Shown: positions 53,238-63,200 of the stretch, piece by piece | Layout of the letters: the number at the start of each line of letters is the position of its first letter | Numbering within the stretch: position 1 is the stretch's first letter | Source of the DNA: Poseidonia sp. | Lineage (GTDB): Archaea > Thermoplasmatota > Poseidoniia > Poseidoniales > Poseidoniaceae | Assembly: GCA_030829545.1 (NCBI GenBank) | Contig: JAURAI010000004.1 | Span: forward strand, 63,433 to 127,432 | Reading direction: 5' to 3' | Length of the DNA stretch: 64,000 nt | Translations under genes and position numbers: made by a program | The notes under the pieces: generated by a model | The model's database searches: none | Told to the model about the DNA's origin: nothing | What the model saw: only the letters and a program-made list of their open reading frames with translations

Positions 53238-54521
53238 ATGCGTTGCCGTATGGCTGTAGAGAGTTCGTCCCCCGGAGGTATCCGTCGTGTTGGAAATTCG
53301 TCCAACGATGAGCGCGCAGCGCTTGAGGGGATGCTCAAAGGCTACCCTGTAGAGCAACTTGTTGAAGAGGTCCTGGTGGCCTGGGACGAGCTTGGAAAAC
53401 GGAACGATGAATTGGTTACCGTCAAGCAACGCCTTCGTGTTGTTGAATTGGATTTGGCAGAACGGCACGACAAAGTCGCCCCCGAGGTTGCCCGTCTCGC
53501 CGAAACTGAACAAGCGATGAAAGAGGCTGATGCGAAAATTGTCCACCTTGAGCGTCTTCTCAACGATACAAAAGAAGAACTAGCAAATCAGCAATCCTCA
53601 CTCTCACAACAAGAGCGAAGTTCGATGGAGCATGAAGTTTCACAATTGCGCGACCTCACCACCCAGCAAGACGAAGTGATCGGAGAGATGGAGGGCCGTA
53701 TCACACAAATGGTTGAGGCTTTGGAAAAGGCAGCAGATGCAGGGTTGACCTCGGTTACGGCAGAAGAAGTACGATTGCTCAAGCAGCAGGTCGATGAACG
53801 TCAGCGCCAACTCGAAGTGGAAAAGGCGGCTGCCGAATCCCTTGAAGAAGAACGTCAGCGTCTTCGTGATATTGCCGATCGGCTACGTGGCCTCCTCGAT
53901 GCAAGAGATCGGCGATTGGAGGAGTTGGAGGAACAACTTGAACGGGTCATGCAAGGCCCTCGGTCTGTATCTGCAGAACACGATTATTTGGTAGAGCAAA
54001 TTGAAGAGTTGAAGCGCCGATTGCTGGAACGAAACCGAGAATACGAGTCGTTGCGACGTCGTGAACGCCGTCTGCACAACGAAGTCTTCGAACGCGATGA
54101 GCGACTCCAACAAATGACGCTGACCATGACCGATATTGAAGCAGCGCTACAGGACCGTACCGCAGAACTACGTGAAATCGAGGATCAGCGAAGTTCAATG
54201 GAACATGAATTGAATTCCGCTCGTCGAAGTGAGCGGACGCGTGAAGTTGTGGGCCGTGTCTTTGCGGATTCACTCTCCCTCGTGCGGAGTCACGAAAGTC
54301 GGGAACTAAAGCGTGAACTCTATGCCAATGCTCCTGACCTTGAACGTACCATCAAAGCCCCAAGCACCGATGACATGGCAAAATTAGCCGATGGAGAAGA
54401 GTTGAACTTAGAAACAGATGAAACGGTCCTTGAGAAGGGTATGGATGTTGATGAAATTCGTCCGCCCTCTCCAGGTGGCACAGGCGACCCTGTTCTCTTT
54501 GACCAAGACACTGATGAGTGA
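53238..54521 (+). CDS. Long coiled-coil protein (about 427 aa) immediately downstream of the actin-like gene
   Basis: E/R/L/Q-rich heptad-like sequence runs throughout (LKQQVDERQRQLEVEKAAAESLEEERQRLRDIADRLRGLLD...). The tail is acidic. The start is uncertain (53238 or 53250). Confidence 0.65.
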   Translation: MRCRMAVESSSPGGIRRVGNSSNDERAALEGMLKGYPVEQLVEEVLVAWDELGKRNDELVTVKQRLRVVELDLAERHDKVAPEVARLAETEQAMKEADAKIVHLERLLNDTKEELANQQSSLSQQERSSMEHEVSQLRDLTTQQDEVIGEMEGRITQMVEALEKAADAGLTSVTAEEVRLLKQQVDERQRQLEVEKAAAESLEEERQRLRDIADRLRGLLDARDRRLEELEEQLERVMQGPRSVSAEHDYLVEQIEELKRRLLERNREYESLRRRERRLHNEVFERDERLQQMTLTMTDIEAALQDRTAELREIEDQRSSMEHELNSARRSERTREVVGRVFADSLSLVRSHESRELKRELYANAPDLERTIKAPSTDDMAKLADGEELNLETDETVLEKGMDVDEIRPPSPGGTGDPVLFDQDTDE

Positions 54522-54522
54522 T

Positions 54523-55335
54523 TCACGCCGAGCAGGCGTTGATGATCTCCGTGAGTCGTACCCTCAATTCATCAAGTGTGGAGGCGTCTTCCGTAACAGT
54601 CCCCGTCACAATCCAATCAGCACCAGAATCGACGGCTTTGGCAACGTCTTCGCCATTGCGCAAACCGCCACCGACCAGCAAAGTAAGCCCCTCAACGCTT
54701 CTTGCTTTGGCAATGAGGTCGGGATGTACGGGTGAGGTGGCTCCGCTTCCCGCCTCAAGATAAAGGAGTGAAAAACCATACATTTTGGCGCAGAGCGCAT
54801 ATGCCTCAACCAGGTCCGTATCGCTTGGCTGAATCAATTCTGCAGCACCGACCTCTCCCACGCGACCGCCTGGTGCACAGACGAGGTAGCCAGTAGGTAG
54901 CGCCTCAACGCCAAATTGGTGAAGATACGGTGCGCCGCGTACTTGCTCTCCAACAAGAAACGCTCGTTTGGTCGAGTTCATGAGCATCATGAAGGTAATA
55001 GCGTCTGCTGCTGGAGAGAGGGCATGGGCTCCGCCAGGGAACAAGACAACGGGAATATCCCAGTCCATCTCATCACTTTCAGGGTCTTGACTGGCAGCAA
55101 ACATCCTCAACTCAAAGGCTTCCTGGATTGCCGTGCACGTTTCATGGACGACTTTGTCCGGTGTGTCGGTTGAGCCACCGACAAAGACCATCTTGGAGCC
55201 ACATTCTACAGCTACCATCGCTCGTTGGGCAGCAACGTCTGCTGTCTGCTTCGCAGGGTCGATGAGGGTAATATGTCGTGCCGTTGCGGAAGGGCGGCAG
55301 ACCTTGGCGAGAACCGTACCATCTTCCACATGCAT
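54523..55335 (-). CDS. Geranylgeranylglyceryl phosphate synthase (PcrB/GGGPS family)
   Basis: Contains MVFVGGSTDT, LLYLEAGSGA and LLVGGGLRNGEDVAKAVDSGADWIVTGT, typical of the GGGPS TIM barrel. Confidence 0.85.
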   Translation of the reverse strand: MHVEDGTVLAKVCRPSATARHITLIDPAKQTADVAAQRAMVAVECGSKMVFVGGSTDTPDKVVHETCTAIQEAFELRMFAASQDPESDEMDWDIPVVLFPGGAHALSPAADAITFMMLMNSTKRAFLVGEQVRGAPYLHQFGVEALPTGYLVCAPGGRVGEVGAAELIQPSDTDLVEAYALCAKMYGFSLLYLEAGSGATSPVHPDLIAKARSVEGLTLLVGGGLRNGEDVAKAVDSGADWIVTGTVTEDASTLDELRVRLTEIINACSA

Positions 55336-55431
55336 GCTGCTCAGTCAGCGGTTGTGGCGTGAAGGGCATAGGCGTTGCGCTCCTGCTAGATTGAAGCGAG
55401 CATTCTCAAGGCCCCGCGTTCTGGGACCACC

Positions 55432-57213
55432 ATGAGCGAAGCGGGACCCTTCAAACGCCTTCTTTCGTACATGCGCCCCCACCGAGGAACCATTCGGTTG
55501 GCTTCCTTTTGTTCCATCCTCAACAAAATTTGGGATCTCGCCCCTCCGTTGCTCATTGGTTTAGCAGTTGATGTGGTCGTTCTTCGAGAAGATTCTCTGC
55601 TTGCCTCTATGGGGGTGGAAGACCCATGGCATCAACTCGTCTTGCTCTCCGTCCTTACCTTCTTGATTTGGGGGCTTGAGTCTCTGTTCGAGTATTTCTA
55701 TGGGGTTCTGTGGAGAAATCTTGCTCAAACGGTTCAGCATGAATTACGTCTTGACACGTTTGACCACGTTCAACAACAAGGCATGGCCTGGTTTGATGAA
55801 CGCCAGAAAGGAGATATCCTCGCAATCCTCAATGACGATATCAATCAACTTGAACGGTTTTTGGATAAAGGAGCGAATGATCTGTTACAAGTCACCACCA
55901 CAGTCATTGTGGTCGGCGCAGTTTTCTTGCTGATTTCTTGGCAAGTTGCTTTATTTGCAGTCTTACCCATTCCAATCATCGTGTGGGGATCATTTCGCTA
56001 TCAGCGTAGTTTAGAGCCCCGTTACGCTCGTGTTCGAGATGCAGCTGGGCGAATGAATGCCCTCTTGGAAAATGATTTGTCGGGGATGTCCACGGTTCAA
56101 TCCTTTACTGCCGAAGCCCATGAACTCGCTCGGGTTGAAGTCCTTAGCGAAGACTACAGAGCCGCAAATCGTGAAGCGATTCGCCTATCTGCAGCATTTA
56201 CACCGCTGATCCGGATGGCTATCCTTGTCGGATTTACCGCCACCCTTCTGCTCGGAGGTTGGCTAACACTTGAGGGCACCCTGGCAATAGGAGCCTACTC
56301 CGTTCTCGTTTTCATGACGCAGCGTTTGCTCTGGCCGCTCACTCGCCTCGGTGAAACCTTTGACCTCTACCAGCGGGCTATGGCGTCGTCAACACGAGTG
56401 CTTGATGTTCTTGGCTCACCCATCGAAATCATTCAAGGAGAGGTCCATCCGTCGCGAGATGATGTAATGGCAAGTGACCTCGTCTTGAACGACATAGCAT
56501 TTGGCTATCCGGGCCGAGAACCCATTTTTCACGCTTTCAACCTCACTTTTGAGGCTGGAAAAACGACGGGGGTCGTTGGTTCGACGGGGGCTGGAAAAAC
56601 AACGCTTGTCAGGTTGTTGTTACGATTTGCTGAACCGAACAGCGGCACAATCTCATGGGCTGGGGAAAATTTGCCGGCGTGGCGCCTTGAGGCGCTTCGC
56701 TCTTCAATCGCCCTGGTCGACCAACACATCACACTCTTTCCAACAAGCATCATGGAAAACATACGCTATGGGCGCCCCGATGCAGAAGATGATGAAGTGG
56801 TAGAAGCTGCAAAAATTGCTGAAGCCTTTGAGTTTGTTGAATCGCTTCCCGACCAGTGGAGCACCATGGTGGGCGAAGGAGGGCATCGCCTCTCTGGTGG
56901 ACAGCGTCAACGAGTCGCTATCGCGCGCGCAGTGCTAAAGGATGCTCCATTGCTGATTCTCGATGAGGCGACATCTGCTGTAGACAATGAAACGGAGGCG
57001 GCGCTGCAACGCTCGATTGAACGTATTTCCAAAGGTCGGACGACCATTATCATAGCACATCGCCTCTCAACCATTCGAAGAGCCGATCGCATTCTTGTAC
57101 TGGATGACGGAGAGATTGCTGAAGAAGGCGTGCATGAAGATCTGTTGAAACGTGATGAGATATACGCCAGATTATGGTCGGTTCAAACCGGTTTGACCGT
57201 AGAAAAAGAGTAA
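55432..57213 (+). CDS. ABC exporter, fused permease plus ATPase (MsbA/ABCB-type)
   Basis: Six N-terminal TM helices. Contains Walker A (GSTGAGKTT), signature (LSGGQRQRVAIARA), Walker B (LLILDEATSAVD) and an H-loop (IIIAHRLS). Confidence 0.9.
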   Translation: MSEAGPFKRLLSYMRPHRGTIRLASFCSILNKIWDLAPPLLIGLAVDVVVLREDSLLASMGVEDPWHQLVLLSVLTFLIWGLESLFEYFYGVLWRNLAQTVQHELRLDTFDHVQQQGMAWFDERQKGDILAILNDDINQLERFLDKGANDLLQVTTTVIVVGAVFLLISWQVALFAVLPIPIIVWGSFRYQRSLEPRYARVRDAAGRMNALLENDLSGMSTVQSFTAEAHELARVEVLSEDYRAANREAIRLSAAFTPLIRMAILVGFTATLLLGGWLTLEGTLAIGAYSVLVFMTQRLLWPLTRLGETFDLYQRAMASSTRVLDVLGSPIEIIQGEVHPSRDDVMASDLVLNDIAFGYPGREPIFHAFNLTFEAGKTTGVVGSTGAGKTTLVRLLLRFAEPNSGTISWAGENLPAWRLEALRSSIALVDQHITLFPTSIMENIRYGRPDAEDDEVVEAAKIAEAFEFVESLPDQWSTMVGEGGHRLSGGQRQRVAIARAVLKDAPLLILDEATSAVDNETEAALQRSIERISKGRTTIIIAHRLSTIRRADRILVLDDGEIAEEGVHEDLLKRDEIYARLWSVQTGLTVEKE

Positions 57214-57249
57214 GGAATCACCCGTTTTTTTGTCACAAAAAAACATTTC

Positions 57250-57257
57250 TTTATATA
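57250..57257 (+). promoter_or_regulatory. Candidate TATA box for the rhodopsin gene
   Basis: TTTATATA lies 31-38 nt upstream of ATG 57288 in an AT-rich gap, preceded by an A/T-rich BRE-like stretch. This implies a very short leader. Confidence 0.35.
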
Positions 57258-57287
57258 CACTTTAGAAAGCAACAACGATTGAGAACC

Positions 57288-58160
57288 ATGATAACTGAAA
57301 AATTCTCCAAAACAACCAGCCTGCTTTTAATCGCCACAATTGCCCTCGCAATGGCCGGAACGGCCAGTGCTGCGGAAGTTGTTGATCCGTCGAAGGAGTA
57401 CGCAGGTGACGCCCTTGGGCTCATCACCTTCTTCCTGTTCTTCGTTGGCTACATCTCCATGGGTGCGGCCTTCGTCTTCTTCATGAGTGAGCGAAGCAAT
57501 GTAGCACCCGAATACCGTACCACAATGACCATCTCGGCCTTGATTGTAGGTATTGCTGCGTTCCACTACTATTACATGCGGACTGTTTACTCAGAACTCG
57601 GTTCTGTTTCGGTCGAATACCGCTACATGGACTGGATCATTACCGTTCCATTGATGGCCCTCAAGTTCCCTTCCCTGGTCGGAAAGGACGCTATTACCGA
57701 TGAGAAGTTCCTCGGTATGGGCTTCACTGGCATCTGTTTCACCGGTGCCCTCATCATGATTGGATTTGGATACCTCGGTGAATCCGGAGCTCTCGGGGAA
57801 GTCATGGGCGCATCCGCTGGCGGATGGGCTGGTCTTATCCTTGGTGGCGTTGGTTGGGCCATGATTATCGTCGCAACCGGAACTCCTTGGTCATCAGGAA
57901 AGGGTGTCGACAACAGCAAGATTGCTCCTGAACTCATCTGGAGTGCCAACGCTCTCCGCTGGTTCATCGTCGTTGGCTGGATCATCTACCCGATTGGTTA
58001 CTTGTTCAGCCCTGGTGCAGAACTTGGCCTTGGTGATGGAAACCAAGAAGTGCTCGCTATCTTCTACAACATTGCAGACATCATCAACAAGATCGGTTTC
58101 GGTATTGTTGCTTGGATGGGTGCTAAGAAGGCTACCGAAGCCCTTGCTGCAGCTGAGTGA
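57288..58160 (+). CDS. Proteorhodopsin-type microbial rhodopsin (light-driven pump), motif D-T-K, Met at the spectral-tuning site
   Basis: RYMDWIITVPLMALK aligns to RYIDWLLTVPLLICE of green proteorhodopsin. Also present are AFHYYYMR (the His75 equivalent), WIIYPIGY and NIADIINKIGFG (Schiff-base Lys, codon 58089-58091). The N-terminus is signal-like. Confidence 0.9.
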   Translation: MITEKFSKTTSLLLIATIALAMAGTASAAEVVDPSKEYAGDALGLITFFLFFVGYISMGAAFVFFMSERSNVAPEYRTTMTISALIVGIAAFHYYYMRTVYSELGSVSVEYRYMDWIITVPLMALKFPSLVGKDAITDEKFLGMGFTGICFTGALIMIGFGYLGESGALGEVMGASAGGWAGLILGGVGWAMIIVATGTPWSSGKGVDNSKIAPELIWSANALRWFIVVGWIIYPIGYLFSPGAELGLGDGNQEVLAIFYNIADIINKIGFGIVAWMGAKKATEALAAAE

Positions 58161-58194
58161 ACACAGTTCACGGTTTCTCCAAACCCCCCGAAGC

Positions 58195-58221
58195 AGGGCA
58201 GCCCCTGGGCTGTCCTGTTTC
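58195..58221 (+). terminator. Candidate intrinsic terminator after the rhodopsin gene
   Basis: A 9-bp stem AGGGCAGCC / GGCTGTCCT (one G-U) with a CCTG loop is followed by GTTTCT, about 35 nt after the stop. Confidence 0.3.
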
Positions 58222-58290
58222 TATGGGAAGTGAGACGTATTGGCTTGCCAATGTCAAGCAATGACGGATGTTGAGCCATCTGGCCGACGC

Positions 58291-59367
58291 TTATTCCTCA
58301 ACCAGTTCTTCGTATGACTGATGCCTTTTCTTGAGCTCCAGCTCAATGGACCGCATCAATGACTCGAGGTTCTTGGACGGATGTCGCTTGTACCACTGGG
58401 CTGCGACCAAGCCCCACAACAGGGTGTAGGAAAGGGTCACCAGCATCGACGCTGTCAACGACCAGGCATACCGTTCATCGAGTTCATGAAGGAAAGCAAA
58501 CGGAAGAAAGTGGAGAACATACACGGTGAGTGAACATCGCCCTGTAAGAGCCAACCACTCAACCTCAAGGCGTGTTGAAACGATTCCCCAGAGGAGAATT
58601 ACCCCCGTGAGGCTGGCGATCATAAACGGGCCGTTGGCTGGGAAAAACGTCAACAGGGCTTGGCCTGAAGGAAGCGCCCAGGCAAGTTCATTCTGCCATG
58701 CATGCATGAGTAACAGGCCGCTATACGTCAATCCTAAGGCAACAAAGGCGATAGCTGGTCTTCGATGTTCTCCCTGAGGAAGAGCGGCTATCGTGGCACC
58801 AAAGACGGCAAAAAGAATCCAAGGATGGAGAGGATAGGTTCCTGTCACTACCAGATGTCCCGTAAATACGGCCATTGAATTGGTCGTAATACGATCCTTC
58901 CATGTAGATGAGCCTTGTAATTCAGGAACAAGAAACGTTAACGTAAGTACGGCAGCAAAGATTGAGAGAACATAAGTTTGAGGGGAAAGCCGCTCGTGAC
59001 GGAGCGGGTAGGTCCAAACAGGTTCTGTAAGAATCAACAATGCCATCAGAGAAAGGACACCTGGTGTGAAGGGTTCGAACAGATGTGGTGAAACAACGTT
59101 GACAAGAAATTGGCAGGCAAGAAGAAAACCCGCACGAATCAATCGCTGGCGACGTGTCAGTTTGGACCGAAGCAATCCCCATCCCAGGAGTGTGATGAAC
59201 AAAGGTGCTGCCAGACCGCCGAGGCCGGACACAAGGTACGCCAACGGTGATGTTTGGGTGCTGGAATACGGATTCCAAGTGGCCGCAGCATGGACCATCA
59301 CCATCAACAAAACGGCAAGGCCTCGTAATGAATCAATGTGGACAATTCGTTCCTTGTCGTTCGGCAT
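58291..59367 (-). CDS. Multi-pass membrane protein, acyltransferase-3/DUF1624-like
   Basis: RIVHIDSLRGLAVLLMVMVHAA is the typical N-terminal motif of this family. About ten TM helices. The start is set at ATG 59367. Confidence 0.55.
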   Translation of the reverse strand: MPNDKERIVHIDSLRGLAVLLMVMVHAAATWNPYSSTQTSPLAYLVSGLGGLAAPLFITLLGWGLLRSKLTRRQRLIRAGFLLACQFLVNVVSPHLFEPFTPGVLSLMALLILTEPVWTYPLRHERLSPQTYVLSIFAAVLTLTFLVPELQGSSTWKDRITTNSMAVFTGHLVVTGTYPLHPWILFAVFGATIAALPQGEHRRPAIAFVALGLTYSGLLLMHAWQNELAWALPSGQALLTFFPANGPFMIASLTGVILLWGIVSTRLEVEWLALTGRCSLTVYVLHFLPFAFLHELDERYAWSLTASMLVTLSYTLLWGLVAAQWYKRHPSKNLESLMRSIELELKKRHQSYEELVEE

Positions 59368-59372
59368 CCAAA

Positions 59373-60218
59373 TCAACGGTTCTGCTTCACGTATTCTACA
59401 GCGTTTCGGAACATCTGCAATCCCTCGCCTTCCCATGAATCAAGGGCGTCTCCCTTGCCGATTGGCGCCGTTCCTCTGGTATGGTCGGGGTGAAGCCAAC
59501 GTGCATAGTTGGCCTCTGGGTGCGGCATTAAGCCAAACACCAGGCCTGTAGCATCACAAATACCTGCCACGTTCCTCATGCTCCCGTTTGGACTCAACGG
59601 GTAAGGCAGCGCTGTGTCACTCAGCCCCGTTCCAACCTCGGTTGAGGGGTCAACATAGCGAACTGTCAATTGATGCGTTGTTGAAAGGGCCTCAAGGGCT
59701 TGCGGTGTAGGCATGATGTATTTTCCCTCGCCGTGGCGAACTGGACATGACATTCTGGTCATTCCTTTGGTCCATATACAGGGGCTGTTCGGGTCAAATT
59801 CGAGAGTGACCCAGCGGTCCTCGTACCGCCCGCTATCGTTGAGTCCAAGACTGCCACGTTGCACGAAATCAGGGGATTCTCCTGCGGCTGGCCCGGGTAG
59901 CAATCCAGTTTTCACGAGAACTTGGAACCCGTTGCAAATGCCGATAATCGGTTTGCCAGCATCGACGAAAACGCGCAGGGCGTCGCGCATGGCAAAGCGC
60001 ATACGGTTACCCAGAAGGCGGCCGCTGCCGAGGTGGTCTCCAAAGGAGAAACCCCCTGGGACGGCAAGAATGTCAAAGTCTTCGAGTTGTGAATCACCAG
60101 AGATGAACCGGTTGACGTGGATGCGATGGGCTTCAGCCCCTGCCAACTCAAAAACAGCCTTTGTTTCATGGTCACAATTGATGCCGAAGCCAAAAAGAAC
60201 CGCAACACGGGGCACCAT
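59373..60218 (-). CDS. purQ: Phosphoribosylformylglycinamidine synthase subunit PurQ (glutaminase)
   Basis: Contains VAVLFGFGINCDHE, GICNGFQVL (nucleophile Cys) and MPHPE. Its ATG overlaps the purL stop (ATGA). Confidence 0.88.
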   Translation of the reverse strand: MVPRVAVLFGFGINCDHETKAVFELAGAEAHRIHVNRFISGDSQLEDFDILAVPGGFSFGDHLGSGRLLGNRMRFAMRDALRVFVDAGKPIIGICNGFQVLVKTGLLPGPAAGESPDFVQRGSLGLNDSGRYEDRWVTLEFDPNSPCIWTKGMTRMSCPVRHGEGKYIMPTPQALEALSTTHQLTVRYVDPSTEVGTGLSDTALPYPLSPNGSMRNVAGICDATGLVFGLMPHPEANYARWLHPDHTRGTAPIGKGDALDSWEGEGLQMFRNAVEYVKQNR

Positions 60219-63200
60219 CACGCAACCCCTCCTGTCATGTCCAGTGTCCCTTTCCACGCATCCGCTAATGCATTGACATCGCTTGAAATAAGTGCGGTCT
60301 CGCCATCGACCATTTCAAGGACTGAAGAAGCGGTTACCTCGCCCAAGATCGTTGTTGGGTGGCCTTTCATGGTAGCCAAGAAATCTAATTCATGTTCAGG
60401 TTTGACCGCCACAACGATACGCCCGAGAGACTCGCCCCAGAGCCGGGCCCAAAGGTCCCCATTTCCAGTGCCGTCAATGTCAATGCTTGCTCCAATGCGC
60501 CCACCGATGCACATTTCAGCGAGGGCCACTGCTAAGCCGCCTTCACTGCAGTCATGGGACGTCTTTACCCAGCCTTGGTGAATGGTTCTCGAGAGTTGTC
60601 GATATGTTGCCAAATTTTTCTCTGGGTGGAGCAAAAGAGGGACGTTGCCACCAATGCCGTTGTCAGAATTTCGTTCTCGCATCATAAACGACAGTTCGCT
60701 TGCACCCAATTCCTGCTGTGAATTGCCAACCAGATAAATTCGGTCGCCCGCGTCTTTGAAATCACTCGTTGCGCTGTTACGAACATCTGGATGGTCGCCA
60801 AATAACGAAAACAAAAGCGTTGGTGGAATGGAGATTTTTTCCTTACCGCTCCCATAATCATTCTTCATTGAATCCTTACCGCTCACGCAAGGAAGGCGGT
60901 AAGCACGGCAGACTCGTTCCAGTTCCCGATTGGCTCGGACAAGTTGAGCGAGTTTGAAACGTCCATCGGGAGTCTTCACCGATTCAATAGGGTCGGGCCA
61001 GCAAAAGTTGTCCAAGCCCGCCATTTTGTCAACGTCAAGTCCGACGCAAACAGCATTTCGAACCGCTTCATCGATCGCTGCTGCGGCCATTGCGCCCGCA
61101 TCAATATCTGAATACCGTGGAGCAATTCCACACGAAATAACAAGGCCGTGGGGGTCGCCGTGGAGTGGTGCGATGACGCCAGCATCGCCAGGGCCGTCTC
61201 GTTCAACGCCGACAAAGGGTTTGATCGCTGTTTGAGCGATGACTTCGTGGTCATATTGCCGCACCCATGTTTCTTTGCTGGCGATGTTGGGGCGTTGAAG
61301 CATCGATGTCAGCAATTCATTGTGGTCGGCATCATCTGGGGTCACAAAGGGGCGTTGTTGTGGAGGAGTCCATTCGGATTCAAGTTGAAGTTGTGGAACG
61401 CCATCGTGAAGGAAATCTATGGGAAGATACGCCACCGTTTCTTCTCCATAACGGACGTGGAACATGCCAGTGGACGTGAAGGTGGCCACGGGCGTTGCCT
61501 CGACTTCATGCAAATGAGCAAGGGCTTCAAAGGCAGCTTGGTCAGCCGGTCGAACAGCAACCGTCATTCGTTCTTGGCTCTCAGAAACAAGAATTTCCCA
61601 AGGTGAAAGCCCTGCTTGTTTCAAGGGGACGGTCGCAAGGTCGATTTCGCATCCGTTGGTGTATTCTGCCATTTCACCAATCGAAGAGGAAAGTCCCCCT
61701 GCACCGTTATCGGTAATGCAACTGATCAATCCTTCATCCCGCGCTTCGAGAATCATATCGACCATCTTCTTCTGTGTAATGGGGTCGCCGATTTGGACTG
61801 CGCTGGACGGAGATTCCTCTGTGAGTTCAAGGGATGAGAAGGTTGCACCGTGAATTCCATCGTAGCCAACTCGTCCTCCAACCATGTAGACGATATCGCC
61901 TGCTACGGGGGTTTTGATGTGTGAGGGTCGGCCATCAGGAAGGTGGCGGGGCATGATTCCAACCGTTCCACAGTAAACGAGTGGTTTGCCGATGTAGCGG
62001 TCATCAAAGACAATCGCTCCGTTAACCGTTGGAATGCCCGACTCGTTACCTCCAACTCGTACACCGGCGTGGACGCCTCGCAATACTCTCGAGGGATGGA
62101 AGAGGTTGTCGGGCAGAGTGCCCTCCCAATTGGGCGGTCCGAAGCAAAATACATCGGTATTTGCAATGGGCCGAGCGCCCAAGCCCGTACCGAGGATGTC
62201 GCGGTTGACCCCAACAATTCCAGTCATAGCGCCGCCATATGGATCGAGTGCTGAGGGGGAATTGTGGGTTTCCGCCTTCATACAAACGCTCCACGTGTCG
62301 TCCCAAGCGATGACTCCGGAGTTATCGTGGAAGACCGAAAGAAGCCAGTCAACGTCCTTTTGCATGTCGTGCGTTGGCGTCATGATGTGTGTCTTGAAGA
62401 GCGAATCGATGACCGTGTCTTCTCCTGTTTCATGGTCGACATGGTGAATGCGTGATGCGAAGATTTTGTGCTTGCAGTGCTCACTCCATGTCTGAGCAAG
62501 GCACTCGAGTTCTACATCAGTAGGGGCGTCAGGGGAGATGCCATGTTTGATGCGCAGTGCACGAATTTCTTCATCGCGATAATGAGCCTGTATGGCATGC
62601 ATCTCCTCCAAATTGAGCGCTAAGAGGCCCTCGGTCGAAATGGTTTCAAGGGTCTCATCGTCGCATTCTAGGTCAATGGTCTTCGGTTGAATGAAGACTT
62701 GTTCGGGAGGCGTGGGGTAGTCGAGTGCGGGCCATGTTCCGGCCTGGCACGCTGCGCTGTCTGCGACCAGCGCACGTTCAATGAGGCCGTTGTGGAGCGT
62801 TCCAGCAAGCCATGTGGGGTCAAGATCGCCCGCTCCGTAAAATGCATAGGTTGTGTACGTTGATATTTTGGCTTCCGTGTCTTCGGGGAACAGGGTGAGG
62901 TACCCGTCGGTTGCGGCCTTTCCTGGGTTGTCGGTCACGCCCGGTTTGAAGCCAACAGTCACGACCATATCGGGTATTTGTTCAAACAAATCCGTTGAGA
63001 GAAAGAGGCTGTTGGCTGCACCGTGCTCAATGATGGGGTCGGCAAACAGGTCGTCAACCCGTGCAGCGATCGCTTCCGCTGAGGTTTGGCCTTGAATGAG
63101 ATAGCCGCAAATTGAGCGAACGCGTTGTACATTGCAGCCGTGATCAGCATGCAATTGGCGGCGTACGACGTCCCCTCGGACATCACGCATACCCTCACCT

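Noticed and set aside
52878-53546. 222-aa minus-strand ORF across the actin/coiled-coil junction
   Set aside because: It is antisense to two well-supported plus-strand genes and has no motifs.
57174-57287. Upstream extension of the rhodopsin ORF
   Set aside because: It would start inside the ABC transporter gene and read through the AT-rich promoter-like gap. ATG 57288 gives a normal signal-like N-terminus.
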